From NCBI GenBank assembly GCA_027038175.1, contig JALVYB010000079.1:1215-65214 (forward strand): DNA of 64,000 nt, given 5' to 3'. The notes beneath the pieces are model-generated. The model saw only the letters and a program-made list of their open reading frames with translations. It was not told where the DNA came from and made no database searches. This document shows, piece after piece, positions 27,924 through 39,300 of the stretch. Made by a program: the position numbers and the translations under genes. The DNA is from a candidate division WOR-3 bacterium (GTDB taxonomy: Bacteria; Hydrothermota; Hydrothermia; UBA1063; CAJXJZ01). Every line of letters begins with the position of its first letter. Position 1 is the stretch's first letter.

Positions 27924-29033
27924 TTGATGACAATGAGGTCTTCAGGGAGGTCGTGTGTGGTGATTCTGAAGACGATGAAGGTAGCAACAGCTGAAAAAAA
28001 CTTCAAATTCGTATTGACAGATGAAGATTTTAGTTTAGAGGTTGGGAGTCCAGACGTGGGAGCGAAAGTAACGAAGGATTCGCTGATTCTTCTGGAGAGA
28101 AGATGCCCTGATTGTGAGTTAAACTACAACCCGCAGGAATTCTCATTGTATAGTGCTTTTGTGGAAGGTTACTATTTTAAGTATGACCCCCACAGAACTC
28201 TAAAAAACCATTGGATAATATTAAAAACCGAGAGAAATTCAACTTTTGGCATATCAGACTTGTATTTTGGCTTAAAAGCAATGAGAGTGCATCATCCCAC
28301 GATTTTTATTTCAAAAAAGAGGCATTTATTCGCTCTTTTATTGATGAAGCAAATGCTAAAACAAGACTGGCTAAAGACGGATTTTGACGCAGAAATTAAG
28401 GATAAGGGCATAATTTTGCAAAGATTTATGAAAAACTATGCAACTTTCAGAAAGGTACTCTATTATTCCATCACGCATAACATTTTCAAAAACATTCCAT
28501 CAATAATTAATTATTTTCCGCTCTTTATAGATTTCTTGAGGATGCACTCTACACAGAAATTGTATGTGGGTGACCCTTACAGAATGGAAAAAGAGATTGA
28601 AAAATTAACATCAGAAGGATGGAAAAATCTAATTAAAAGTAATAAGGGAGATTACATATACCCAATAGGCATATATAAAAGCAAGTTGTGGGATGACAAA
28701 ATATTGTTAGTCCTGCCCAGAGGGCTGGTTTACACAAGTGGAATTGATTATAGAGATTTTGAAATTTTAGTTAGGTACGCCATAGGATTTGACAAGCTAT
28801 CTAGAATTCTCAAGACAAAGAGAGATTACAACTATTTCATTCCAACCAAGAATTTTTACAAGTTTATTACTCCTTGTCCCTCTCTTAAAAGAGTGGAGAA
28901 CGTGTTTTTCAAAACCTACAATCCATCAGATACGAAAATAAACCTGAAAAAATACAAGGGTATTGAAAACGCAACGAAGAGAGTATGGAACATGGAGAAC
29001 AAATGGTGGGAGGTTGATGAAATTGCCCTCTAA
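27924..29033 (+). CDS. hypothetical 369-aa protein, first gene of the radical-SAM operon
   Basis: ORF with a CPDC pair near the N-terminus and no other motifs. Its 3' end overlaps the radical-SAM gene. Confidence 0.4.
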   Translation: MMTMRSSGRSCVVILKTMKVATAEKNFKFVLTDEDFSLEVGSPDVGAKVTKDSLILLERRCPDCELNYNPQEFSLYSAFVEGYYFKYDPHRTLKNHWIILKTERNSTFGISDLYFGLKAMRVHHPTIFISKKRHLFALLLMKQMLKQDWLKTDFDAEIKDKGIILQRFMKNYATFRKVLYYSITHNIFKNIPSIINYFPLFIDFLRMHSTQKLYVGDPYRMEKEIEKLTSEGWKNLIKSNKGDYIYPIGIYKSKLWDDKILLVLPRGLVYTSGIDYRDFEILVRYAIGFDKLSRILKTKRDYNYFIPTKNFYKFITPCPSLKRVENVFFKTYNPSDTKINLKKYKGIENATKRVWNMENKWWEVDEIAL

Positions 29034-29883
29034 ATCCGTTGTATGTGATGTTTGCCCTCACAAATGCGTGTTGGAGGAGGGAGAAGTTGGATTATGTGGA
29101 GTTAGAAAAAATGTTGGAGGTAAAATCGTCAACCTGACTTACGGGAAGGTAAGCATCGTGGCCGTGGAAAGCATAATGAAGAGACCTATATTTCATTATC
29201 ATCCAGAATCAATGTTGCTCTCCCTTGGCTCAATCGGGTGCAATTTGAAATGTAAATATTGCCAGAACTACATGATTTCCCAGTTAAAAGCAGATGAGTA
29301 CAGGCACTTCCTTGAGCTACCACCTGAGAAAGTAGCAGAACTTTCGGCAAAGTACGATGGTGTTGCATTCACTTACAACGAACCGCTGATTAATTATGAG
29401 TATGTTAGAGATTCTGCAAAAATGGTGAAAGATGCTGGAAAGATTGTTGCTGTTTCAACGAATGGATTTGTTGAAAAATGGGTTTTAGATGAGGTTTTGC
29501 CTTATGCTGATGCTTGGAACGTGGATGTCAAAGCATTTACGGATGATTTTTACAAGAGATACACGGGTGCTTGGCTCAAACCAGTTCTTGATAATATTGA
29601 CTACCTGCTAAGCAAGGGAAAGCACGTGGAGATAACTTATCTAATGGTTCCAGATTTGAATGATGGTGTGAGTGAGCTTGAGAGGTTTGCAGAGTGGGTA
29701 GCGAGTAGGAACGTTAAAGCGGTTCACATACCGAGGTTTTATCCCCACTACAAGATGATGAACAAGGAGCCAACGAAAATGGAGAAAATAGAGCAATTTG
29801 CTGACATATTGCACGATGCAGGTGTGAAGAACGTTCATGGAGGATGGGAAGAGTATTATGGGTTGTGGGAGGTAAAGAGATGA
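29017..29883 (+). CDS. radical SAM enzyme, PflA-like activating-enzyme family, AmmeMemoRadiSam-type N-terminus
   Basis: CDVCPHKCVLEEGEVGLCGVRKN is the N-terminal Cys cluster. GCNLKCKYCQNYMIS is a CX3CX2C radical-SAM cluster. ...VSTNGF...WNVDVKAF... is typical of the PflA/NrdG family. Start refined to ATG 29017 after GGTGGGAGG; the ORF-track frame opens at 28963. Confidence 0.65.
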   Translation: MKLPSKSVVCDVCPHKCVLEEGEVGLCGVRKNVGGKIVNLTYGKVSIVAVESIMKRPIFHYHPESMLLSLGSIGCNLKCKYCQNYMISQLKADEYRHFLELPPEKVAELSAKYDGVAFTYNEPLINYEYVRDSAKMVKDAGKIVAVSTNGFVEKWVLDEVLPYADAWNVDVKAFTDDFYKRYTGAWLKPVLDNIDYLLSKGKHVEITYLMVPDLNDGVSELERFAEWVASRNVKAVHIPRFYPHYKMMNKEPTKMEKIEQFADILHDAGVKNVHGGWEEYYGLWEVKR

Positions 29884-31262
29884 GTATGGTAATTGAGAAC
29901 GAAAAAGAGTTGATAAAACGCCTTAAAAAAAGTGCAAATTACACAGTTGCTAAATTAAAAGATAGAATAAATAGAGCATTGGAGAGTTACGATATTGAAA
30001 AGGAGATGAATGATGCGGTTAGCAAGGTAGAAATTACCAGAGGTATTTTGAAAAGTATGCTAAAACTAATAAAGGACACAAAAGATAACGTTAAAAAAGA
30101 GGAAAATTTTGATTTAAATTACGTTTATGGCATTGCTAGAGATTTTGCAAATTTGATGTACATGATGTCTAAAAGGGATTATGATGTTAGGTTCTCAATA
30201 AGTGACAAAATCTCAAACACAATCTACCAAAACAACGCAAATGAGGAAAAAATAAAGGAAATGAATGCATACAAAGATGGTTTCATAAACATACTGAACT
30301 TTTTGGAACAAAGCATAATCAAAATTTTGGATGATTTTGACAAGAAGGTTGCAAAAGCGTTTGACAAGATGAACAAAAAGTCAGATGAGATAGATGATTT
30401 CTATAAAAAACACCCTAAATTTTTTGAAGAGTTGAAAAAAGTGTTCAAAGATGATGCTGAAAATTTTGAACTAAAGGGAAAAATAATGGACAAACTCAAA
30501 AAAGAGAAAATAGAAAATCCTCGTTTCGTTCCCTTCCCAACTGGAGACAGGTACCCTGACTCAGATGACTTTGGAAGAGCTAAATTCATACATATTTTTG
30601 CAGAAGACCCTAATACCAAAGCGTTCTTACTCAGGGTGTTGGGTGGAATAACGACTATTGGTGCGTTCTTGGATGAGCAACTGCTTAACAAATTGGATAA
30701 AATCTGGAGCCAAATAAAAAGGATTAAAATTCTGTCGTTGCTCAAAGAGAGTGTCAAAAACGAAAGGCCCAAACCTTTTGTCGAAACTCCCGTATTCAAA
30801 ATAAAGGAGTTTAATGAAAACGATTTAAATGACTTGAGAATAGACGAGTTCTGCTCCACCTCAAAACTCTTTGATTTAAAGAAGCTCAAAAGTTGGGATT
30901 ACGAAGTAAAAAACAGCCACAAAACCCTTGGAGAAGTTTTAAGAGATGTTGAAAACATAGTTTCTGACGGAAATTTAGTCGTGGCCTTTTTTGGTTTTCA
31001 TTGGATAAATAATGTATGGAGTACGAATCTTGGTGATTACATACAAGAACACGAATATAATAGTGGATATGCACTTTTCAAGAAGGAGGAAAATACTCTC
31101 AAACCTATTGTGTTTTTAGTTAAAGATCATAATTATCGTTACTCAAATGACCCACCCTTGTATGTTATCAATGATTTATTAAAAGTAGTCATAACTGATT
31201 ATGCTAAATCAATTTTGAAAAAGATGAAGAAAAATATGTCAATAGATGATATGGGGAGGTGA
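29880..31262 (+). CDS. hypothetical 460-aa K/E/N-rich protein
   Basis: ATGA overlap with the radical-SAM stop suggests translational coupling. No motifs. Confidence 0.45.
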   Translation: MSMVIENEKELIKRLKKSANYTVAKLKDRINRALESYDIEKEMNDAVSKVEITRGILKSMLKLIKDTKDNVKKEENFDLNYVYGIARDFANLMYMMSKRDYDVRFSISDKISNTIYQNNANEEKIKEMNAYKDGFINILNFLEQSIIKILDDFDKKVAKAFDKMNKKSDEIDDFYKKHPKFFEELKKVFKDDAENFELKGKIMDKLKKEKIENPRFVPFPTGDRYPDSDDFGRAKFIHIFAEDPNTKAFLLRVLGGITTIGAFLDEQLLNKLDKIWSQIKRIKILSLLKESVKNERPKPFVETPVFKIKEFNENDLNDLRIDEFCSTSKLFDLKKLKSWDYEVKNSHKTLGEVLRDVENIVSDGNLVVAFFGFHWINNVWSTNLGDYIQEHEYNSGYALFKKEENTLKPIVFLVKDHNYRYSNDPPLYVINDLLKVVITDYAKSILKKMKKNMSIDDMGR

Positions 31263-31319
31263 TGATAAACGGCAAGTTCAAAGCAAGGAATATCGCTAAG
31301 AGCAAAAAACACTACAAAG

Positions 31320-33467
31320 TTGTTTGATAGCTTTGTTTCCGAACTTCTCTACCTTTTGGAAGATAGTACATCCCTTGACCGCATAACTCAAAGCGTTAAA
31401 AATATGGACTACAAAACGTTTTCAGACGTTATAAATGAGATAGCATCCACAAAGTATAACTCTCTGAAAATGACTTTGGAGGTTCTTTATTCATTCTTCA
31501 ATAAAATAAAGAAAGACGTGTCGGATTTAAAGATTATGTCTCGCAGCGAGGGAGAAAAGGCAAATGACGAACTTTTAGAGAGCATACGTCTTTACACCGA
31601 AAAATTGAACGCTTACCTAGAAAAAAGTGGGCATAGGCATTTTCTCAGGTTCATTTTAAATTACATTTTTAAAACGCAGTTGCTACCTCTCTACCTTTTT
31701 ACTGGTAGTTTGTTCCGTGGCGATTATGATTCGTTGTTGGTTCTTGTTGCAAAGAGTCAGCGTCTCTACTTGGGCAGGGAATACTTCCCGTTGATAACAG
31801 ATTTTTATTATATACAGGATCTTGATATAAAACCAAATCACATATTTGTAGATGGAATTGTATCCTTTTTTTCAATGCTAAAAGTTGTGGCTCCAGACTT
31901 GTATGACAAATTCGCAGAAAGGATAACCGAAGCTGGAAAAAGAATTGAGATGGAGATGGAAGAAGTCAGAAAAGAGTTGGGTAACGATGTTCTTTCAATA
32001 CCATCAAAAGAAATCTTTGATTTCAATTGGCACGTTGAACAAATGCTATCAAAATCAAAAGAAGATAGGAAAAGTAAATACTTATGGAAAGTCGTAAAAA
32101 ATGAGATATTGTCCCAAATGCTGTTTGAAGGCGATGCGGGTATAAAACCCAGAATACACGTATGGAACGCTTTAAAATACATGATGAGAAATCCTCAAGA
32201 AGTCGTGTTTGTTGAAGATAGGGGGGCAAGTTTTGAGCTGGTGTCAAATCAACAGAATGCCATGTATTACATCCACAAAGCCAATTACGAAAATCCGTCT
32301 CTTGTTTTATGGAGCAGTAGAGAACACGATTTTGATTATGCGAGTGTCAGAAATGCGTTCTTGAGCAAAACCACAAGCTATCTGAGGTTCAAAACCGAGG
32401 CAATAAACTATCTCTTACACCCTGAAAAAGCACAACCAATCAAATTTATAGAGCCTGAAAAAGTTATCACAACTCCATTTTCCAATAAAAAATATGAAAT
32501 ATTCAAGACGCCTTTCTCAAACTTGTTCAGAAAATGCGTACCTGATTCTTTAAACATATCCATTCGTGCATACTCCATTTTCCCTTTCAGTTCAAAAATT
32601 TACCATCATCCCTTACTTAGCACCCATAATTTTGAGAGTAGGAAAAACACGCTAAACGTCTCTCCAATCCCGAAAAAGGTATTGAGTGTAGCAGCAGAAA
32701 ACTTTAATGAATATATGAGCTATAAAAAAATACACGAAGAGTTTTGGAAATTCTTGAGAAGAGAGATGGTTGAAGAGAATTTGGTGAAACCAAACGATGA
32801 AGAGATGATTTATAAAGCAAGTGCTACACTAAAAAATTATAGAGGAACAACCAGAAAAAGCTTTGTTGTCCTGCTCATAAAAGACTTCAAATCCGTTCTC
32901 AAAGAGATAGATGAAGAAAACACCTATCTCCCTCAATCTTTGAAGGAAATTTACCATCAATACGCACCTGTTCCTACAAGTTGTCAAGAATCTGCCACTT
33001 GCCAAGAAATTCCTCTAAACGACCCTTTGTACACTACTGATAAATTTAACAAAATATCTTACTTGAGATTCTTTGATGATTTAGTTATAATACTCCAAGG
33101 AGCCAAAAACAAAGAAGAAATAAAGAAAAAAACCAACCTCATCCGCTCTCTTGTAAAATATGCTCAGGTAATAGAATTTTACGAATACAAAAAAACGAGA
33201 GAGGCTATCGCTATAGGAGAACTATACGTGAAAGATGGGGACAGGTTCAAGCGAATAAATGAAATATATGAAAGAGGGGGATTATATTTTCAGCCGACCT
33301 CAACTCACATCCTTGAAGAACTCTTCAAAAAATTCTTTGCAAATTACTTGGAGACGGTGAAAGAGAAGCTAAAAAGGAAAATTGACGAGGCATATCTTGA
33401 TTATATGAAAGAGAAGGGATTTGTTATTGAAGAGGCAAATAAAAGAGGTGGTGAGATTGAATTATAA
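31320..33467 (+). CDS. hypothetical 715-aa protein
   Basis: Long ORF with no in-frame ATG upstream (TTG start in the track). No motifs. Confidence 0.45.
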   Translation: MFDSFVSELLYLLEDSTSLDRITQSVKNMDYKTFSDVINEIASTKYNSLKMTLEVLYSFFNKIKKDVSDLKIMSRSEGEKANDELLESIRLYTEKLNAYLEKSGHRHFLRFILNYIFKTQLLPLYLFTGSLFRGDYDSLLVLVAKSQRLYLGREYFPLITDFYYIQDLDIKPNHIFVDGIVSFFSMLKVVAPDLYDKFAERITEAGKRIEMEMEEVRKELGNDVLSIPSKEIFDFNWHVEQMLSKSKEDRKSKYLWKVVKNEILSQMLFEGDAGIKPRIHVWNALKYMMRNPQEVVFVEDRGASFELVSNQQNAMYYIHKANYENPSLVLWSSREHDFDYASVRNAFLSKTTSYLRFKTEAINYLLHPEKAQPIKFIEPEKVITTPFSNKKYEIFKTPFSNLFRKCVPDSLNISIRAYSIFPFSSKIYHHPLLSTHNFESRKNTLNVSPIPKKVLSVAAENFNEYMSYKKIHEEFWKFLRREMVEENLVKPNDEEMIYKASATLKNYRGTTRKSFVVLLIKDFKSVLKEIDEENTYLPQSLKEIYHQYAPVPTSCQESATCQEIPLNDPLYTTDKFNKISYLRFFDDLVIILQGAKNKEEIKKKTNLIRSLVKYAQVIEFYEYKKTREAIAIGELYVKDGDRFKRINEIYERGGLYFQPTSTHILEELFKKFFANYLETVKEKLKRKIDEAYLDYMKEKGFVIEEANKRGGEIEL

Positions 33468-35370
33468 AGGTGGGGCAAAGATAATAGCCAAAAACAGAGG
33501 AAAAGAATTTAAATATGTTCTGAAAGATATTCTGAAAGTAGTTGGTGAAGACGTAGAGGAAGCAAAGAAACTGATGAAAGACCCTTACAAAGCAGCCATG
33601 ATAATGTATGGAGGAGATGAATACGATTACTCATTTGGTTATTCTTTTGAGAATTTCATAAATAATATTAAAGACGATATGAGAAAATTAAAGCAAAATT
33701 CCCTAAAAGCAAAAGAGAGAGGGCTTACTGATGATGTTAATAGTTTTTACTTTGAGCTTTTGAAAACGTACAGAGATGCCCTCAGAGAAGAACTTGAGAA
33801 AGAGGGTTCCTTGGAGATTTTTGACTCAATACTCAAAAGCCTGTTCTACACGCACATTCTCTCCTTTCTCTACATTAATGGCTTCTTTTATGAACCCCAC
33901 CTTTCAAACTACGTTATAAAACGTCCCAGAGACTCCATTATCAAATTTGCAAATAGAGTTTTGTTTGATAATCCTTTTTGTTTAAATTTATTTAATGGTT
34001 GGAGTGATATGAACTTTGCAATTAGATTCATCTCGCTGTTTATGAAAGAAGGGGAAATAGATTTTCTCAAAGAGTTTCAAAAAACACAAGAAAAAGTCCA
34101 GAGGGAAATCAAAGAGATAGAAAATGAGCTTCCAGAAGGGTTTTGGGAATATGGGAAATTCTTTTTGAATAAAGATGAGCCTCCTTTCTTCAAAGATTAC
34201 AAACTTGCATTAAAATACGTAACAAGAATCACAAAACTATACTTCACAAAGTTATTTGAAGAAACCAAAAAAAATTTAGAGAAATATCGTACAAATCCGA
34301 ATTATGAAAATTGGTACGTGGTAAACTGGTGGGATGTTTTTAAAAAACTGGTATGGGATATAGAGAAGAAGGGGGCAATAATGGCTTACGAAGAGAGTGC
34401 AACTTATGGTAACGGAGTAAATGACGTTTTATCACAGGTAGGTTTTGGGTATTATGTAAAAAACAAGGAAGTATTCGATTTTCTGTTCAAAACAGACACT
34501 TTCCCCAAAATTAAGGGTTTTGAAAAGATAGAAAGGGAGGGAATCAGTTATGTTTCTCCTCTTATAAGTGGGTTACTTTACGATCCCCATATTGATATTT
34601 GTTATGATTGTCCATTACGAGATGATAAAGCAATTCTTTCTCCCATTCCCAAGGTACTAAACTACACTATTTATTCTGGAGATGAAATATACTTTTACAA
34701 GTTCAGGTTCCCGCTATTTCCTGTTAATAAAGACATAATTGATATTGCAGACAAGAAGGTTAATGAGACGATTCAGGTTGTGTTGGGTAAAATAAGAGAA
34801 ATGGTGTGGGAAAAAATCAAAAGACGAATGACACAAAGGGATGGAAAAACCAAGGAGGAAATTTTTAGAAAAATACTGAATATTCTAAACACCAAACATC
34901 CTCCAACTAAACCATCAAGCATCTACTTTTATTTTAAAGACGAAAGCATCTTTCACAAAAAGGATTTATCCATCGAACTGAGGCAACCGCTACCAAAAAT
35001 AACTGGAAATTTGCTAGAAGATATTAAAAAATACCTAGAACACGCAGACGTGGTTGCAATTAGTGAGTATTACATGACACGTGAATATGAGGGTTACATA
35101 AACATTTATTTTAAAGGATATGATGGACGTTTTCACCTAATAGAATCCGTGAACAAGTTTGGAGGTAGAAATAAACCTTTGATTAGTGATTATAATGTGT
35201 ATCCAGAATGGTTTACTGAAAACACACATGATGCAATCGAAAGCGAGTTAAAAAAGGTGCAAAAATTAATTAGAGTAGAGTTCAAGAAATTTCTGGAGAG
35301 AGAGGGTTTGATTTTGCGTGTTAAAGATTTGAACGAAGAAAAGGCCCATTCACAGGGGGTGGAGATGTGA
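33421..35370 (+). CDS. hypothetical 649-aa protein
   Basis: Long ORF overlapping the previous stop. Confidence 0.45.
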   Translation: MLLKRQIKEVVRLNYKGGAKIIAKNRGKEFKYVLKDILKVVGEDVEEAKKLMKDPYKAAMIMYGGDEYDYSFGYSFENFINNIKDDMRKLKQNSLKAKERGLTDDVNSFYFELLKTYRDALREELEKEGSLEIFDSILKSLFYTHILSFLYINGFFYEPHLSNYVIKRPRDSIIKFANRVLFDNPFCLNLFNGWSDMNFAIRFISLFMKEGEIDFLKEFQKTQEKVQREIKEIENELPEGFWEYGKFFLNKDEPPFFKDYKLALKYVTRITKLYFTKLFEETKKNLEKYRTNPNYENWYVVNWWDVFKKLVWDIEKKGAIMAYEESATYGNGVNDVLSQVGFGYYVKNKEVFDFLFKTDTFPKIKGFEKIEREGISYVSPLISGLLYDPHIDICYDCPLRDDKAILSPIPKVLNYTIYSGDEIYFYKFRFPLFPVNKDIIDIADKKVNETIQVVLGKIREMVWEKIKRRMTQRDGKTKEEIFRKILNILNTKHPPTKPSSIYFYFKDESIFHKKDLSIELRQPLPKITGNLLEDIKKYLEHADVVAISEYYMTREYEGYINIYFKGYDGRFHLIESVNKFGGRNKPLISDYNVYPEWFTENTHDAIESELKKVQKLIRVEFKKFLEREGLILRVKDLNEEKAHSQGVEM

Positions 35371-37388
35371 CAAAAAACAAAAATATCGAGAGGGGCCTTG
35401 AAAAAAAGAGATACGAAAGAAGTATAAAAAAATATTCATCCCAGATTGCCAAACGCCTTGAAGAGGTTTCAAACATCATTTTTAAGGATAAAGATTTGAT
35501 AAAAGATGAGTTTAAATCTTCGGTGCTGATTGTAAAAAATGTAGATTTGCTGGGGTCTGCGTTTGATGTCTTTTTTAAAAAGTTAAGTCTTTTCAAAAAG
35601 ATGTTGATTGAGAGTGAGCCTGATAGGCGTGAGCAGTTGCTTAATGGCTTTATTGCTGAATTAAGGGAGGAATTCAAAAAGAGGGGCATTTACAACGCTG
35701 TTGAGAGATTTTTCCAGTTTATTGTGGATTCAGTAATCATTCCAGAATATTACTATATGGGGGTGTTTCCTTACAACTTCTATGACAACATAAATGATTT
35801 TTCAAAGAGGATGATATATAGCAACAGAGATTCATTAGAAGGAAGGGGAACTTATTACATCTCTGGAAAATGGGATAGCGGTGGTTCTGAAAAAAGGTGG
35901 GTTAAAGGCAAAAAGTTGAAAATAGGAAAAAGAACCTACGACCCAACTTTCAGAACGGTAGAATACACCAATTACTTTTTTTTCAAAATGAAGAATGCCA
36001 TGATAACTTCTTCAACTATTAGTCGCATAGTTGATAGTGTTTTCCCATCCATCCACTACTACGACAAAATCAAAGAGTCGGGAGAGGTAATATCCAAAGA
36101 GGTAGAGGAGATAAAAAAAGAGATTCCAGAAGATTTCGTCAATCACTTTCTAGACTACGTGGCGTTATCAAAGGACTACTTTATGTTTAAAGATTTCGTG
36201 AGTGAGCGTATAGCAAAAGGGGAGTACTCGTTAAACTACAATGACCTTTCAAATGAATACAGGGACATTTTGAAAGAGCGTTTTTATCTCTTGTTAAGGG
36301 CCATGAAGGTAAGGATGATTAGGGACGGAAAGGCTGATGAGTGGAGAAAGATAGTGAGCTGGGGGAAAAAAGACAATTTGATTCTTATAGGCAAGAGTGA
36401 TTTGGCATCCACACGCAACATACATATTGGCTCACCAAGATGGTTAGTTACCGATATACATTTAAATAATGTGAAAGAATATTTGAAGAGGGGGACAAGC
36501 ATAAAAAACCAGAAATATCCTCATAGCCCCAACATCACTCCTTTGATTGATTGGTACAGATACAAGAACAAGGGTTCAAAGAAATCAATGAAAATATACA
36601 AATTAAGGTTCTTCATTCCAGAAATGGAAAACCTGCTCACCAGAGAGTCTTATCTTCACGAGGGGTTATATGAGTTTAACTTTTACATTGCAAACAAAAG
36701 AAGGTTTGAAAAATTCGTGGAGATGTTAAATGAAAGGCTCAACTGGTGGGTTTTACTGGAGAAGAGCAAAGAATGGATAGCAAAATCAAAAGGAAATAAA
36801 GCAACTGCTGAAAATATTATAAAAACGCTGAAAGACGGAATTGCGGATTCAAAGGCAATTATTGAAAAATACAAGAATGATACTCACCTTGCAAGTTCTG
36901 CTTTAGAGAGCTTGTCTGATGACTATGACATATATGTTCAAAAGATGGCTTCCACAAATTCCATAACCTTAATAGATATAAAGAACAAGAGGGTTCTAAT
37001 AGGCACATACAAAACCATCGAACAAAACCCTTCTAAACTTTTAGAAGCCATGAAAAATGCAGATTTGATTTTAACTAGCACTTATGATTATTCTAAACCA
37101 GAGTTTTCAACTATCACAACTTTCATAAAATTGAATGTGTACGTAAATAAAGGGGATGGTTTATTTGTTAAACGTTCATTGGGCAGCACTTACTGGCCAA
37201 TAAGAATCACATATTATCGACAATACCGCATATATTTCCCACAAAATGGCCCAGATGGGTTCGGCTCTATTTTCGAACTCTATTCAGACAAATTATACGC
37301 ATTTATTCAAGACGAAGTTAGGAAGATAATTAAGGAAATCATGTCAGCAACTGCTAAAAAAGAGGAGGTGATGGAAGTTGGAGAATAA
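35367..37388 (+). CDS. hypothetical 673-aa protein
   Basis: Long ORF with a 4-nt overlap to the previous stop. Confidence 0.45.
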   Translation: MTKNKNIERGLEKKRYERSIKKYSSQIAKRLEEVSNIIFKDKDLIKDEFKSSVLIVKNVDLLGSAFDVFFKKLSLFKKMLIESEPDRREQLLNGFIAELREEFKKRGIYNAVERFFQFIVDSVIIPEYYYMGVFPYNFYDNINDFSKRMIYSNRDSLEGRGTYYISGKWDSGGSEKRWVKGKKLKIGKRTYDPTFRTVEYTNYFFFKMKNAMITSSTISRIVDSVFPSIHYYDKIKESGEVISKEVEEIKKEIPEDFVNHFLDYVALSKDYFMFKDFVSERIAKGEYSLNYNDLSNEYRDILKERFYLLLRAMKVRMIRDGKADEWRKIVSWGKKDNLILIGKSDLASTRNIHIGSPRWLVTDIHLNNVKEYLKRGTSIKNQKYPHSPNITPLIDWYRYKNKGSKKSMKIYKLRFFIPEMENLLTRESYLHEGLYEFNFYIANKRRFEKFVEMLNERLNWWVLLEKSKEWIAKSKGNKATAENIIKTLKDGIADSKAIIEKYKNDTHLASSALESLSDDYDIYVQKMASTNSITLIDIKNKRVLIGTYKTIEQNPSKLLEAMKNADLILTSTYDYSKPEFSTITTFIKLNVYVNKGDGLFVKRSLGSTYWPIRITYYRQYRIYFPQNGPDGFGSIFELYSDKLYAFIQDEVRKIIKEIMSATAKKEEVMEVGE

Positions 37389-39300
37389 AAGCGTAGCGTT
37401 TTTATTGGGCAAAGCATTGCGAACTGCCAGAAAGATAAGTTATTTTTCAAATGGAGGTCAATTCGTGATAAATAAAGATGTATACAGGGAGATGAAGAAA
37501 TTTTTTGAAGATAGAGAAATGCAAAGATTTGTGAAAAAAAACCATCTAGATGTTCTTGAGATAATGAACGAGTGCGTGACTGAGGACTTTGAGATTGCAT
37601 ATCCTATTTATGGATACCCGACACTCGAAGACTTCAAAGAATATGTGAGAGATGTAATCGCATTGTTTGACAGAATAAAGGAAACGCAAATCGAAGGAAT
37701 AGAAAACATGGATAAATTCACCTTTCTGAAGGATTTTACACACGGGTTCGTGGATGAAAAGGACTGGGGTAAACTCAGAGGTTTAGTTTATGATGAAGTG
37801 ATGAAAATTGAAGAATACTCAAGAGAATTTGGCATAATATCTATTCTCACAAGTCGGATGAGGAAAGCACGTCCCAAGGATTTAGAAACTTTACTTTTAG
37901 CTGTAAAGATATTCGCACCAGAGCTTATGAATAAGATAAGCAATGTGATGATAAAAGCATTCATCAAAAACGATACCGAAGCCTTGGAGAGAGCTTCAAA
38001 ATACAAAAACATAATCGGTTTGAGCGATGTTGCCAGAGCAAACCTTTACATTTTCGTGGAGAGCTTGGTAACGTTTCTTGTAGAAAACTACTTGGTGAAA
38101 GATAAAAACCCAGACAAGATGAAATACCTTCTCAATGCGTTCTATTTGAACATTGAAGGAGTTGAAAAATCCTCAACCGTGGAAAACTACGGTAGGGAAA
38201 TACTCAAATTTAGCATAGCGTTCTTGCTGTCTTTAAAAGATGCTTTTAAAAGGAATGGTTTTGATATTGAGAAATTTTTGGGCGAGTTAGACAAAGATGC
38301 GGAGCATGGGTGGGTTGCGGTAGTGAGAGAGAGATACGAATCAGCCAGATTGTCTACTGTCATGCTTCTTCCTCATTACTCTACCCCCACACTATCCCTA
38401 GAAAAGCTTGAAATAGAAAAAACACCGAACTATCTCCTGCCCAAAATTAACCTTGAACATTTTAAAATGTTCAAGGTATCAAACAATTCAATAATAATAC
38501 CAAAAAAAGTAATGGCAGAAACCTTGAAAAAAACAAAAAACGGATTAAACTTCAAATACTTTCTGGAAATCTACAATGCGTTTATGGATTTGCTATATGC
38601 AAAGCCATTTGAGGAGAATTGGGATGAGAAAACCTTGCAAAGCCACGGCTTATCAAAAGACACGACTTTCCTTGATTTGATGCTCAATTATATGCCTCTT
38701 AATATGGAGATTGTTGATGATGAGAAATTCCTTGATTTCCTAAACAATGATTTTAAAAGAATCCCAATAGACAAAACCTCTAGGAAAATCTATATACTGA
38801 CTGACAAGGGAGAGGCATTTATTTGGAGTAAAAATTGCAGCAGCAAGATTAATGAGATAAAGCAACTGCTACCTCACGCATTAGTAATTGGTTACTTTAA
38901 AGAAGGTTCACGCTACACCAACAAGATTGGTTTAATCAGGATAAACGATAAATTCCTCGAAGTGAAAAATATTAAAGATCCTCTTGAAAATCTTGTATTT
39001 CCCTTTTGGTTAAGAAAGTTGAGTATGCTTGGAGACCTAATTAGCATTACCATCATAAAATACGCCTTCCGTACTTTCAATAAGGCAACTACCGAGATGG
39101 GTGAATATGAAAAATTGCCCACAATCAATGGAAAAAGGTTCAACAATTGGAATCATTACTGCAACTACATCAGAGATGAAAAATTGGAGGATGTTTCCAA
39201 CGAGAAATTTAGCCTCGTGGAATCCGAGATGCGTAAATGGCTCCATGAACTTACAGAAAAAGCAAAAATAAAAGAAAAAGAAATGGGGGTGGAATTTTGA
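37378..39300 (+). CDS. hypothetical 640-aa protein, paralog of 39297-41309
   Basis: Shared blocks: IFAPEL, KYKNII, RNGFDIEKFLGELD against NRGIDITKFLNELD, FKYFLEIYNAF against FDYFLEIYNSF, EIKQLLPHALVIGYF against EIEQLLPHALVVARF. Confidence 0.5.
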   Translation: MENKSVAFLLGKALRTARKISYFSNGGQFVINKDVYREMKKFFEDREMQRFVKKNHLDVLEIMNECVTEDFEIAYPIYGYPTLEDFKEYVRDVIALFDRIKETQIEGIENMDKFTFLKDFTHGFVDEKDWGKLRGLVYDEVMKIEEYSREFGIISILTSRMRKARPKDLETLLLAVKIFAPELMNKISNVMIKAFIKNDTEALERASKYKNIIGLSDVARANLYIFVESLVTFLVENYLVKDKNPDKMKYLLNAFYLNIEGVEKSSTVENYGREILKFSIAFLLSLKDAFKRNGFDIEKFLGELDKDAEHGWVAVVRERYESARLSTVMLLPHYSTPTLSLEKLEIEKTPNYLLPKINLEHFKMFKVSNNSIIIPKKVMAETLKKTKNGLNFKYFLEIYNAFMDLLYAKPFEENWDEKTLQSHGLSKDTTFLDLMLNYMPLNMEIVDDEKFLDFLNNDFKRIPIDKTSRKIYILTDKGEAFIWSKNCSSKINEIKQLLPHALVIGYFKEGSRYTNKIGLIRINDKFLEVKNIKDPLENLVFPFWLRKLSMLGDLISITIIKYAFRTFNKATTEMGEYEKLPTINGKRFNNWNHYCNYIRDEKLEDVSNEKFSLVESEMRKWLHELTEKAKIKEKEMGVEF